Shown: positions 40,298-54,200 of the stretch, piece by piece
How positions within the stretch are numbered: position 1 is the first letter of the stretch
How the letters are laid out: each line of letters opens with the position of its first letter
Source: Lama guanicoe
Lineage: Eukaryota
Direction of reading: 5' to 3'
DNA length: 64,000 nt
Assembly (NCBI GenBank): GCA_013239625.1
Contig: MU054187.1
Span: 17,104,711 to 17,168,710, forward strand
Made by a program: the position numbers and the translations under genes
The notes under the pieces: model-generated
Told to the model about the DNA's origin: nothing
What the model saw: the letters and a program-made list of their open reading frames with translations, nothing else
Database searches by the model: none

Positions 40298-40465
40298 TGT
40301 GACTTTTTGCAAGTCATTTAAGCTCATAAAACTAATTTCCCTGTAAATATAATGGGACTACTTACTTCATATGATGATTGGGAGGGCTCCCAAGAGTAGT
40401 ATACGAAACTACTTAACATGTTATCTGGAAAATAATAAGCATTCAGTAAATGTTAAGAATTATAT
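40298..40465 (+). mobile_element. MIR fragment
   Basis: tgtgactttttgcaagtcatttaa...ctgtaaat...taagcattcagtaaatgtta. Confidence 0.6.
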
Positions 40466-41071
40466 TACTTTGAGTGTTCTTTTAATTAGCAAATTAATAA
40501 TGGAATGTTTTATTATGTATTGTTATTATTGTATAGCAATATTATTATATAGCAATGAGAGTTAATCTAAATGTCATTACACATATTTTGTGAGTTAAAG
40601 AGAAAAAAAAGTTGATGCAACTGGCAACTTCAATTTAAAAATAATACACATGATTTAATAGTTCTTACATTTTTCTAAAAATGAAGCCTTTTGATCGAAA
40701 TGCAAAATAAATTTTAAAAAATAAAAATTTCCACACCTACTTTAATCACTCTATTAAAGCTCAAGAGATTCCAGTCTAAATGTAATTCCATTCATTTTAA
40801 TTCCTCATTAAACCAAATAGTGCTCTATCTGTGGCATAATTGAACATATTCTTAATGGGAAAGTAGTAATCACTGAACTCACCATTTACACACTGAATTG
40901 GATATTATTCTTCATTTTGCCTGCCACTACTGTTGGCTTGGCTACTATTGAGAAATTTCGTAGCTGATTTCAAACAAGTGAAAAAATAACATCTAAGAAA
41001 ATGTCCATATGCTTGTTAATAGTGGGAGGAGGAGCATTTGGTAGAAATCCTATTTAGTATAAGAAGATAAA

Positions 41072-41200
41072 GGGAGAAGGTGTAACTCAGAAGGAGGAGT
41101 GCATGCTCAGCATGCACAAGGACCTGGGTTCAATCCCCAGGGCCTCCCCTAAAAATAAATAAACCTAATCACCTCACACACACACACACACAAAACAAAG
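41072..41200 (+). mobile_element. tRNA-Ala-derived camelid-type SINE (Vic-1-like) with (CA)n tail
   Basis: gagtgcatgctcagcatgcacaaggacctgggttcaatcccc (B box), then aaaaataaataaacctaatcacctc. Confidence 0.88.
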
Positions 41201-43269
41201 AAAAAGATACCAATTTTTACATGAGACTGATATATGGATACAGTTTTAGAAGCTTTGGACACAACAGACATTCCAACACTAAAATATGTTCCTAGTGCTA
41301 AAAGCTTTATATTTTAATGATGTCGGATAGAGAAAAGGGCTATTTGAAATGTCATAAATAAACAGATGATCATTTCTTTATAAAGTCAAATAGCTTAAAA
41401 AATTCAACAATTCTGAAAGGAGGATTTTAAATGAGCTAAAATCACAACACAAAGTAATTTGGGAATCTGCAACTGCTCTTTGATATTTTCAGAAGTCAGT
41501 TTGTTACTTCTGAAATGGAAATAATACATGCATTTCTCTGCTCTATTCTTTAAGGGGAAGTGGGTTTTCAGGCTTCTTGAGGTGGCATCTACAAGGATTC
41601 AAAAACTGTTTAGAATAAAATTATTTGTAAACAAAAATTGTATAGTATATACATTCCTGTGACAAATCAAATACATTATTTGAGGTTTATTTGAATTTTT
41701 TAAAAAATGGGTTCCAAATATTGAGAGCACAGTACATCTTCAAGGCCTGAGAAGGGCTCCCCTCAGCAGGGGTCCTGCCAGACTGTAACTGTAGCAATTT
41801 GACAAGTCCCATATTTTCTTGGGGTTTCATTTTTTCGCATTTACAAGTTAGTCGTATATTGATTCTTACGCTTTCTTCTCTAGATAGGTGAGGACCAACA
41901 TGAGATCACAGCTATGAAGAGACATTAAAGACTACTATATATTAAAAAATGAAATGACTAGTATGAAAATATTACCAGTACAAAACTGATGATTCTTATA
42001 GACAGACTAGATCTGACCCATGAGTAATAAGAATCAGAGGTAATTACTCTGCATTTCATCTTCAGTAGCTTTAACATAATATGATTATAATGTATATGTC
42101 ATAAATATTGTTCCCTTTTTCCTTTTCTCCTGTTGGCCTCCTGCTTCCTACTGGAATCAAGTTATAAGAAATATAGACGGTTTTAATTTTTCTCAAATGT
42201 TTCCAGAAACTGTAGTTTGAGAGGAAGTACATGTGAATGGGAACTTTTATTGCTGTTGAGAGCATGATTCAAGGATCTTTCAGAGAATCCAAAAAAAAGA
42301 AAAGAAAAACAAAGAAACCCAATGCCAAACAAATTAACACTCACACTTGAGCCTCATCTTCCTCCTCATCTAACAAAATTCTGTGTCCCTCATATGCTTA
42401 TTGAAAATTCAAAATATATAATTACTTAAGTTCTACTGGAACAAACATGGCTGATTTGAAAAATATAAACAGACACGCTAGATATTACATAATAGTAGTA
42501 TTTGCTTATATATTATAAAAAACACATTTTTTTTGTTAGTGGAGATAAACATTTCAAATGAATTAAAATGAAACAAGACTGAGGATTAAAGAAAGATAAA
42601 CATGTAACTGTAGAATGAGAAATTGGTGATACCTTAATCATAACCCTACCCCCAAATGACTAAAGATTATTTTCAAGTCTGGCAAGAGATATCGTTGACC
42701 TCAAGAACCTGCCACGTAAACATCTTAACTTAAATAAGAATCTTTTTTTTTATTTGGTGAACAGAATAGGTTTCTATGATAGTTCTTAATTAAATGGGCT
42801 GTGGAACAGATCTGTACTGTCACCAGGTTGTCAGCCTTTTGGTTAAAAGAGGAGATGGTATTTCATTAAATACCTAAGATTAATCTCGCCATCACATTGT
42901 ATCTAATGTTGAAGCTCTTACACTAATTACTCCATCTAAGTTGATCTGCCTGTAGGACCGCTTTGAAAGTATGTGCAAAGAAAAAGAGATTAGTTTTTCC
43001 TGATGGGTTTTGCTGCTCTTCGCAAATTGCCTGTGTTCTTCCTTCCTGATGGGAAGCATTACTTGAAATTTTATTCTACAGTGTCCTGAACAAAAATGTC
43101 CAGGAAACAAAGTTTGCCTTTAGTTCTCTCCTCTCTTAGTAATATGTCCTGTATCTTCTTAGAAGACACGAAGGGAGCTACCCAAAGACTACTTGGATAC
43201 AGCAAAAACAGCATGTGCCCTGAACTCAGACGTAACTGATTCCCAGTATCTGTATGTTTTGTGCCTCTA

Positions 43270-43410
43270 ATTTTGGCAAGTGACTTAAACCCTTGGAGCC
43301 TCAGTTTCCTCATCTACTATATTACATAAAATGTAAAATTATTGAGCAGATTATGTAAGATACTATATACTTTTGAGACATAGTAAGTGGTCATTAAATG
43401 ACAGCTACTA
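43270..43410 (+). mobile_element. MIR SINE
   Basis: ggcaagtgacttaaacccttggagcctcagtttcctcatct core. Confidence 0.85.
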
Positions 43411-43699
43411 TAAGAAATCATCTTAGGCTGCTCTCGTATTCTTTTATCTTTCTGTAGTTCCCTCCTAGAGAAACACAGACAAGTATGTTGTCATGAATTT
43501 TTGCTAGCCCTGATAATTTTCATGAAGTAATACCAAAAACACTCTGTTATTGTGCTTCAAGCTAATCAATTAATTGGAAAGATTAAGAAAGTTATTTCCA
43601 AGTGATCCAAATGAAATTCAACAGTTTCTTTCTGGAGATAATCCTCCCACCTTGGTAGGCAATGCAAATATAGCACAAACATCTACAGTCGATGGTTTG

Positions 43700-43880
43700 A
43701 TTAGTGTGTCCCATGCCTAAGGCTTTGAGTACATTGTTTCATTCAGCCCTAAAATCAACTCTGAGAAGTGGTTGTCATTTTCCTACTTACAGAGGACAAA
43801 TCAGAGACTCACGGAGGCAAAATAGATTCTCCCAAGTTGTGCAACTGGTGAGAAATATATCCAATGTTCAGACTTGTTCT
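43700..43880 (-). mobile_element. MIR SINE
   Basis: caactctgagaagtgg...ttacagaggacaaatcagagactcacggagg antisense core. Confidence 0.65.
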
Positions 43881-46254
43881 TAACAATCAGTAGTCCTTGA
43901 ATAACAGATTAAAATGACCAAAATGGCAGTCTCTGTAGGAGTGAACTGTCATATGTCTGCACTTGGGGACAATTGGAGGCTTTGTTGACTTACAGACCAC
44001 CATCTCCCACAGTGTGGTATCAGCTACAGGGTATACGAGATTATTTATAGTTGGATTATCAATAACATTTTAACATATATTAGTGCATAACTATATCTAT
44101 AGATGTATGTATATTACATCAAATTCATGATTCAAAGTCAGTACTGCTTCAGACTAGGCTAAGTGAAAATGCATGACTTAAAATATTAAATAGATTCTAG
44201 CACAGGAGATCAACAAACACTCAAATATTACAAAGTTTTAAAGATAACACAGAAATTTCTAAAATCTAGGTATTACTTCCCCAATCCACTGCACTGAATA
44301 GTCCTGGGATAGGCATTAGCAGAAATGTTTAGTTGCATATTTGGTTTTAAACTATTTTTCCTCTTTTCTAATTGTGCAGTAAAGAAACTCTATTCAGGAT
44401 CATAGTAGTAATAGTATTCCTCCATATTTTCTCATAAAACTTTAGTCTCCTGTTTTTATCTGCCTTATATGAGGATGGTATTCCTTTAAAAGATCTTAAT
44501 CTAAATTTGTAGCCTCTCAGCCATGAAACACCCTACAAATTGTTCAAAATAAATTCAGCTTAATTTATCTAGCTTTTCATCTATCGAAACAGTTAATATT
44601 TCTAATTCTCTCTTCTCACAGGTCTCAGAAAACACTCCCATTTTATCACTTCCTGCATTATGTTAGCTACATATTGTCAGGTCTCTCCTGCAATCATGTG
44701 CCCACCACTGAAAGCTTTCTCAAAGCCAATATTGTCTTTCTAATATTTTAATTCTTAGGCCTCTTACAGGGCCTGACACATATCAAGTTTCTTATCAGAG
44801 GAAACAGAGTGGGAGATTCCAGCTTAGTATTGGTGGCCCTGATACACATGCTTGCCTCCTGGGTAGGGAAGAGCTAGCCTCTAGTGTGAAGTTCATGATC
44901 AGGAAGAGGAAGGTACAAGAGATAAATTCTAGAGTTACTCAACATCAAGGCCAATGAGATTTGTCTGTCTGGAGGAGTTTGGAAGATGGGAAAATACAAA
45001 GCAATGGGAAGAAAAATGGGGAAAGCAGAACCAAAAGTAGGTCTGGAGGAAGAAGATAGCAAAAGGGACCTGAGCTGGAAATATGGCCCCACATGTTTTC
45101 TGTTGGGACTTCGCCTCTTCACATTGTATCAGTGATGGATCTGTTAAGTGCTCCAACAGTCTGGCATTATAGATGTTCCCTGAAGTGAATTTATCTGGCA
45201 TACTCAATTTCACTAATGTGTACACAATAGAAGGGGCAATCTTGCTTGATGATTTATGGGCTGCCCAGAAAAGTTGTGAACACTGGCATACACTTTTGAT
45301 GATATGCTAAAGACTGTGTCATTTACTCCAGTTGTAAGATTTAAGAACAGTGCAAGGAAAGGTATATATCATTCCATTTCTTCCCAGACAGATTTCCTGT
45401 TGGGTCTGCTCCTGGTTGGAGAGAACGAATAAGGAATTAGTCAAGTGGAATCGCAGGGTAGCTGTCTAAACCAGAAATTGAGAGCTAAGAGGATTGGAAG
45501 TTAGTAAAAGTCAGTATCTGGTTGATTGGCCTTGGGGTTGTAAGAATAAAATAAGTATGGGATATTCCCAGTGCTAGAAAACTGCTGGACTTCTGCAGCC
45601 CATTAAAGTCAAGATAACAGTAACTAAAGTGTGCAGCAAACAGAGGCCTCCTAATCTGTCTTTTTAATGCCAGTAAGAAAAATTACTTTCCAATAGTGAT
45701 GTTATAGGGTGGGGGGTGTAGTGGGCAATGCTTTGTTGCACAGACTGAGCTCTGTGAACTGAGCTCATGAGCAAACTTTTACCTTCCTTCCAGGATCTTA
45801 ATGTTAGTAAAAATTCACGTTGTCTTTTGCTAACTGTGACAGTGAAGCTACCTAGGAAGCCAACAGAGAAATCCACTGTAGACTTGGCCTTAAAGCTAAG
45901 AATAAACTTGGACAGGAAACCTTATATATAGTCTGAATCTTGATGGTAGTTGAACTTAGTTAGCTCACCTTGTAAAGAACATGCTTGGCTTCATTGTTCA
46001 TTTTTCTAATTTTAGTTTCATCATTTGAAATCATGCATTTTTTTTTAGAAGAGTTTGCCGTTCCTTTGCAAAAACTGTTCACCACTTTTCTCTCTAGATT
46101 TTTTGATTTGAGGGTTTTTCTATTTAGATTTCAATCTTTGGGGCTCTATTAACCTTTAAACATTGGCTACACAGATTTATTTTGTAGTCATGATAGACAC
46201 TTTCCAAAGCCCTTAATCCCTTGCATTTATCTGCATAGCATCTTTCAGTTTTCA

Positions 46255-46410
46255 GCATGCCTTCTAATTCACTGTTTCATATTGTCTTCACAATAATCTG
46301 TGTTGTCAGCAGAGGAGTTATGGTAATCCCCATTCTACTGATGAGGAAACTGAGGTTCCAGGAGGTCAATTAGCTGGTTATTATCTAAGGCAGGTTTTGA
46401 ACCAAAACAA
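46255..46410 (-). mobile_element. MIR SINE
   Basis: atccccattctactgatgaggaaactgagg antisense core. Confidence 0.8.
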
Positions 46411-48052
46411 TTTCACTTCTTGTCCATCCCTCATACCCTTTGTCTTCTATGCACTATGAGAGAATAAATTCCTATTACTTTAAGGCACAGACATTACAGT
46501 AATTTGATATGGCAGTCCTTATAAATTAACACAGTGGGCAAAAACGTTATGGACAATTTACCTTCCTTCTGGTTTCTGGTTTTATGTAGGGAGCTCATGT
46601 CTAGACCACTACGATAGATGGGGTTCCCATGCCTTGTATGGCCATTAAAAGTCCAAACATAGATGTATTTGGTCATACATTTCCTATTAATGTTTTGATT
46701 TCAACTCATTCTCGCTACTTTAGGCTTCAGGTCCTCCTTATTTTTGGCATCTGCCAGTTTCATCTCTTTGATTTGAGACTAGCAATATATTTCCTTTTTT
46801 CTTGGTCATATTCTATCCAGGATTTCTTTATGTTCATATGCTGGGCTGTGAGGTACAGGCAAAACCTCTGTCAACCCCCTGCCCTGACTTTGTCTTCCAA
46901 TAATCAGGTATCTTGGCTAGATAGCTCTAAGGTTAAAAAACAAAACAAAACAAACAAACAAACAAACAAAAAGACAAAAACTCCCACCTTAGGCAAGGGG
47001 CTAGACAGAATGAAGTTAATATAGGTATGTGACTTAATCTTTGCTTGGATGACAATAAAAAGCTACTTTCTTGAAAGTCTCTTGGTGACCTAAAATGATT
47101 TTCTTTTGCAATAAAATTTCTTAATTTTCACAATGTCCTGAAACAAATCTGAAGTATGTTTTGCAAAGGTACAGCTCAGAGTCTCTTTAAAAAGTCCTTA
47201 TCTGAGAACCTTGAAACATGCAAAAGGACTGTAGCACATGTTTGGGTGGCACCATCCCAGTGGTGATGCTAAAATTTATGCTATTTGTGTCTTTAGTGTC
47301 TATTCTCTATATTTTTTTTAGAGCACAAGTCTTAGTTCTTCTACTTTTGATTTTGTGAATTAAAGGAGGGATTTTTTTGGATTTACTATTTCATTCCTTT
47401 TTCTTTTCCAAGTCACTTGTCTGTGGGAAGCCAATAAAGAATTATTTGAACTAAATATTATAGAGCAGCTGTGTTAATGAAAGCATTTGTTTTCATTTAT
47501 TTTATGTGCACATACCTAACAAGTTATGCAACAGCTATACATTTATATATCCAATGAATGGATATTATAAATAAACACAGGAATAGACTTCAGTTAGAAA
47601 CCAGAATTTGCAGTTAAATAAATTATATAAACTACACAAATAGACAGGAAATTCGAGCTCTGTAAAATTTATTGGGGCAACAGTATATCATCACTTACTT
47701 TTAGTTTGACATCATTTTCTACTTAACGTCTTATACCTGAACTTTTATGCAATTTGGACTAGTATAATATTGAGTTTATTGATGCTGGTGGAGTTAAAAC
47801 ATGGTCCATTGAACTATATGAATTGGAGCTGGAAATTCCAATTTAAAAATGTTATGATATGGTCGCATTTATTTAACTTGTGCAAAGGAGTTAATAAAGT
47901 ATAAACAACCCTTCATAATATTCCTTGGGAATAGTGAAAATACACAGATAGTAGAACCAATGCTAATAATTTTGAATAGAACATACTCCAAAATTTCATC
48001 TCCTAAGATAACTTTTATTTTGATATTTTACAAAATTCAAAATGTTAAGCAT

Positions 48053-49935
48053 GAACTTCCAGTTTCAGCTCTGACATGTAAAGAGCTTTGAACTACCCTC
48101 TTTACAACAAGACAAAATTAACTAACTGAAGAGCAGTGAATTTTCTCAGACCCATCAGAAAACAGAGGTTGCAGGGCAAATTGCTTCCCCCTAAATTTAA
48201 AGAGATTTGTGAATCCAGTGAGTCACAACTGAGCTCTATGTACAAGAGCAGAAGTCCCTGGTGTCATAGAAACTGATGAGAACACTTAAATTTTGACAAA
48301 TTGACAAACTGGTGGAGACTGAGTGTGAACTACCATGAGAGTGACACATGCGGGGAGGCTGCAGTCTAACAGAGATCCCTATACTTGTCTGGGGTTTATC
48401 TACACTCACCCTCATCAGGTTCTTAAAGATTCAGGAAAGATCTCCTCACGGCTTTAGTCAGGAGCAACTACTAATCATTATGAAATACAACCAGAGCATT
48501 CTTCCTAAGAAGAGCCAATTCTCCAAGAAAAATACCACACCAGAGTCTTATGCTAGCTTGCAAAAGCGTACTCCACCACTTGCCTTCCTGTCTTAGAAAA
48601 GAGTGGAGGAAATGCTGTGCCACTGGAGACACATTTGTGGATGTCAATGTCTGGAAACACAGGCTGATTAAAAGGCAGATTTAATTTTAATATTATACAT
48701 CAGTCCGTCTCCCCATGCCTCAGCACCACCCCAGCAGGACTCTAACATGAAAAAGTAGATATAAAGACACAGATAACAGAAGGGGTAACTCAGTTTCTTA
48801 CTACGATAGCACCAGAGTTTCTACTTCTGAAATTGTCTAGGCATTAAAAGTCCAGATGTAGACATGTCTGGCCACACAGCTCCCATGAGTTATTTTTGGC
48901 ATCAACTCACTCATTCCTCTAAGTTTGAAGTTCTTCTTCCTCATTTCTGGCACCTGCAAGCTTTATGTCTTTGTTCTGAGACAAGAAATACATGCATGTG
49001 TTTTGTAATATTCTAACAAAGCCAAACTCAAAGGAGACAAAAATAAAAACACTAAAGGAAATTAAAGTCTGATATCTACAGCTATAGAAAACATTAAATA
49101 CAACGTAGCTTCTAGCTAGGTTAACATGAAAAAGTATTGGGTTTAAAAAAAAAGAAAGAAAGAAAGAAACAGAGCTGGACATCCAGCAATTGTGGGATAA
49201 TTCCACAAGATAGAACATGTGCCCAAGAATGTTCTAAAATTAATCACAGACACAAAACCACAGATCCAGGACAGTGGTAGGACACCAAACAGGATAAATA
49301 CTAAAAACAACCTCAGCATGTATAACAACCTTCAGAAAACCAAAGACAAAGAGATAATCATGAAAAAAACCAAGTGGGGAGTTATGTTCTCAGATAACAA
49401 TGCAATTAAACTAAAAATCAATAAAGCAAAAATTGGTGGAAAATACCCAAATATTTGGAAGTCAGACAATATGCTTATTCACAACTCAAAAAAAATTCTC
49501 AAGAAAATATCAAAATTATTTTGAACTAAATGAAAACAAAAATATAATATTAAAATTTGTGAAAAGCAACAGAAACAGTGCTTAGAGGGGACTTTACAGT
49601 ATTAAAGGCATACAACAGAAAAGATAAAGTAATCTAAAATCAAAGCTTAAGCTTCTACCTTAGGAAACTACAAAAAGAAGAGTGATATAAGCCTAAAGCA
49701 AGAGGAAAAAATAAATAATCTAAAAGCAAAAATCAATGAAACTGAAAACAAATAAATAAGAAGAAAACAAACAAAAGTTAGTTCTTTAAAAAGATTAGTA
49801 AAATTAATAACTTTTTATCCAGGCTAACCAAAAAAATAAGAAAATAAAAAGGAGAGTAAAGCCAATTGCTAATATCAGAAATAAAGAAGGGAACATCACT
49901 GTTGCTTCCATGGACATCAAAAGAATAATAAAATA
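48053..49935 (+). mobile_element. Old L1M (L1MC/MD-like) 5' end with ORF1 and ORF2-EN remnants, internally deleted
   Basis: Start gaacttccagtttcagctctgacatgtaaagagc. ORF 49219-49524 joins an ORF1-like peptide (DTKPQIQDSGRTPNRIN) to an ORF2 EN-like peptide (MFSDNNAIKLKIN). Confidence 0.8.
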
Positions 49936-50559
49936 TTCAGAGACTGAGTGTGTTCAATGGGTTACAGTTTCGGTCCTAGACTTCCAATGCCTACTTCATG
50001 CTTATCCAAGCAAATTCAGGCATTGACAAGGAAATGGGGAAGTGGTCTAGCAGAAGTCAGTTCAGAATGGGTGATGAAGAGCCTCCCAGAAAGGAAGATA
50101 TTCTCAAGGAAGATAGAATAATGATTTAAATCAATAATGAAGTTACAGTTCTGAGAATAAAAGTAGTTTCCTTAGTATAGTTTTGGATTCTGTTAAATAC
50201 AACTCTCCTGAACACATGTCTTCATCCTAGAGATTAAAAAAGAGAGCGAGAAAGAGGAATGAAGTGGAAGAAGAAAGTAGAGGGAAGGAAGACAGGTGAA
50301 AGAGATGAGAGGAGAGGAAAGGATAAATGTATGAGTCAAAATGCTATAGATCGATGTTGTTAAACCCCAGCCATTGGGGCATGAGGAACAGGCTCGAGAA
50401 AGTGTAGAGAGTAAAGCAAAGGCATAGGAATAATGATCTCTAATACAGCCACATGGTTTTGATACCACAAAGCAAACGATTCCTGTGGGGGAGAAAGGAA
50501 ATGGTAACTCACTCTTACAATATGGATGTTGATATGGATTAATGTATCACTTCAGCTGA

Positions 50560-51272
50560 AAAGCTCACTATTTCTACCTCCCAGTCTCTTCTCAACCACT
50601 GAAACCACTCTTGACATTGTTGCCAACAACAACCTTCATCTTGCCAAATCCAGTATTTTAGTCTCAGTACTCTTATTTCATTCTGCAGGAGCAATTGATG
50701 AAATTGATCACATCGCCTTTCTCAAACCCCAACTTTGCATGACTTTCAGGATATTATATTTACTTGGATTTTATTCTACCTCGAGCTATGCCTTTCTCAC
50801 CTTCATTTAGTAATTTTCATATTTTCCCTACTTTTCTCCTGAGCTTTGACCTAATATATCCAACTAGGTGTTTACCATATTTCTACTTGGAGGTTTAAAA
50901 GGAATCTCAAATGTAACATGTCTGAAACATGATTTCATCTCCTCGCTCCTTTCTCCATCTCAGCAGATGGCATCATCATTGGCTCAGTCACTAAGGCCAA
51001 AAGCTCTATGACTATTACTGGCTTTCACCCTTTATCATCTGCAAATTCTATCAACTCCACTTTTAGAAGAGATCCAAAATGCAGGAAGTTCTTGTCACCT
51101 CTATTGGCCCATTTTTTGTCCAAGCCACCTTATCTCTCCCTTGGTAAGGCAGTAATCTTCTTACTCTGTGCTTTTGCTTCTGGTAGCCAACTGTATCACC
51201 TCCGAAGAGCAGCAAGATGAATCTTTAGAACATAAGAAGAGACTATGTCTCTTCTCTCTACAAAATTCTCCA
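50560..51272 (+). mobile_element. L2 fragment
   Basis: accactgaaaccactctt, ttgccaaatccag, atctcaaatgtaacatgtctgaa, agagcagcaagatgaatcttt motifs. Confidence 0.75.
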
Positions 51273-54200
51273 GTGGGGCTTCTGGAGAAAGCTGGAAAAG
51301 CACCACTCCGTTCTAACCACAAGTAAAAGCTGAACAGACCGAAAAGCCACCAACTCTTCTTGGATTCATGAGAAAGTGAGGGATGCAGGACAAACTGCTG
51401 CCCTGAAGAGTAGGGAGAAAGACGGGCAAACACAAAGTATCAGTGCTTATTGGAAAAGGGATTCAGGAGCAGAAACGGCCTTAGGAACCAGGACCAAGGA
51501 AAGGAAACCTGACCTGTAACAAGCAAATTGCTAAAGGCTCAGTTTGACCAACTCAGTGTTAAAAACTGCAAGGGGAACCGGTCATAAACGAGCGTCTGCA
51601 ATATTGTGAGATTTACCTCCAGGATCTTAACCAGATTCTCACAGTAAATATTGGAGAAAAATCCCTACTTGTTTCTGGAAGAAGAGGAAAAGAACCATTT
51701 TGAAATAAGCCATAGCACTCTGTTTTTAACAAGGCCTGCTCTTAGGGGAAACTAGTCAACCACATGTAAACTGTTGGGGTATTATCGCAGGCTAACTGGC
51801 TTGGGGGAAGGAAAATAGCTACTCCTGTTACTTGGAGCCATCCTGTTCCATCTAAAGGGAGAACAAAACAAAAACAAGTAACTCTTGGGAAGTTCATAGT
51901 CCAGAGGCATAAGCTCACTTAAAAGACTAAAATCTAATCGTGGAACCATAGACTGCTTCCCTTTTCCCAAAATTTACCACCACATTACTATTTACATAAG
52001 TTTCTTTTACCCAGTACATCATGTCCACCTTTAAAAAAAAAAAGTTCCAAAGCACAAAAGGCAGTAAACACAATTTTAAGAGAAAGAACAGGCACCAGTA
52101 CCAGGCATGTTAGGGATTTTGGAATCATCAGATGGGGAATTTAAAACAATTATGACTAACATGCAAGGATTGTAATGGTTAAAGTACACAGCATGCAAGA
52201 ACTGATGAGCAATGTAAGCAGAGAGATGGCAACCCCAAGAAAAACTAAAAAAGAAATGCTTGAGATAAAAAAGTTGTAAAAGAAATGAAGAACCCCTTTA
52301 ACGGGCTTGTTAGTAGATGGGACATGACTGTGGAAAATATCTCAGAGCTAGACAATGTATTCACAATTCCTGAAAATTAAAAAATCAAAGAGAACAAAAA
52401 ACAAACAAAAAACAAAACCAAAAAAGCGCAGACTATTCAAGGGCTGTGGGACAAATTCAAAAAGTGTAACATATATGTAATCAGAATATTAGAAGGAGAA
52501 GAAAGAGAAAAAGGAACAGAAGAAATACTTGAAACTAGACTGACGGAGAATTTCCCCAAATTAATGTCAGACAGCAAACTACAGATTCAGGAAGCTCAGA
52601 GACATAAAGCAGGATACATACAAATAAATAAAAATAAAACAATCAAACAAACACAAAAACAAAATAACAAGAAAAAACTACACATAGGCATATTATTTTC
52701 AAAGCACAGAGATAAGAAAAAACCTAACTGGACATAGTTATAAATTACACCCACCTTCTCTAAAAACATGGTAGCAAGAAGAGAGTCAAGTGAAATATAT
52801 GAAGTGTTGAGAGATAAAATGAACAACCTAGAATTCTATATCCTGGAAGATTACCTTCCAAGAGTGAAGGAGAAAGTAAGATTTTCTAAGGTCACCAAAA
52901 ATTGAGGAAATTTGTTGCCAGTAGACCTATCTTGCAAGAAATGTTGAAAGAAGTTCTTGAGAGAGAAGAAAAATAATATAGGTCAGAAATTCAGATCTAC
53001 ATTATGTAAGAAGGGCCTTGAAGAAGGAATCAATGTAAGTAAAATAAAAACTTCAATTGATCTAACAGATAATAGTTTGTTCAAATAATACCAACAATAC
53101 ATTCAATTATGTATGCTTTATATATCATCTACCTACCTATGTATCTATGCTTATATGTGCATATATATAAGTGAAATAAATGACAGAAATAATACAAGAC
53201 AGGAGAGAGAAATTAGGATTATTTTGTTAATATAAGGCACTCATACTTTCTGTAAAGTAGTACAATATTATTTGAAAGTAGACTTAGATTAGCTATATAT
53301 ATCAAAATATTGGGCAATGAAAAAAAGTTAAAAAATATGTAACCAATATGCTAAGAAAAGAGAAAATGGAATCATATAAAATGCTCAGTTAAAATCACAA
53401 AAAGGAAGAAAAAGAGTGGAAGATAAAACAGGAACAAAAAAAAATAGCAACAAACAGAAAATAGTAGTGAATGTGATATTATCAATAAAATGATATCAAT
53501 AATTACTATCAATATCAATTGTCTAAATGTCCAATTAAAAGACAGATTGTCACAGTGGATAAAAATCAATAGCCAACTATACATATTGTCTATATGAAAA
53601 CTACTTAAAAAACACATACAGATTAAAATTATATGGATCAATGAAAAGTTACTATGCTAACGCTAATTGAAAGACAGCAGGAGTGTGTATATTAATTTCA
53701 GACAGAACAGATTTAAAAGCAAGGAAAGTTATAAGTGATTAAAGGCATAACATAATGATAAAGGGGTTACTCCTGCAAGAGACAGAACAATTTTTGATCT
53801 GTATGTACCTCAAAAACACAGTGAAACAAAAGTAATAGAATTGCAAAAAGATATGAATGAATCTATTATCATATTTGGAGACTTCAGCACCTCTATCAGA
53901 AATGGACAAATCCAGCAGGAAGAAAATCATTAAGAATATAGTTGAATTCAAAACATTATCGATCAAGTGGTTATAATTGATATCAGTGACAGACTTCATG
54001 TAACAACAGCAGAATACAGACACTACTCAACCTCACATGGAACACTCAACCAAGATAGACCACATTCTGGACCATAAAACACACTTTAACAAATTTAAAA
54101 GAAAACATATCATACACTGTATGTTTTCAGACCACAATGGAATTAATCTAGAAATAAATGACAAAAAGATAACTGGAGAACTTCAAAATATGTGGAGATT

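Noticed and set aside
41487..41515. 10-bp-arm inverted repeat tttcagaagt/acttctgaaa
   Set aside because: Near chance expectation in AT-rich DNA and too short for a pre-miRNA.
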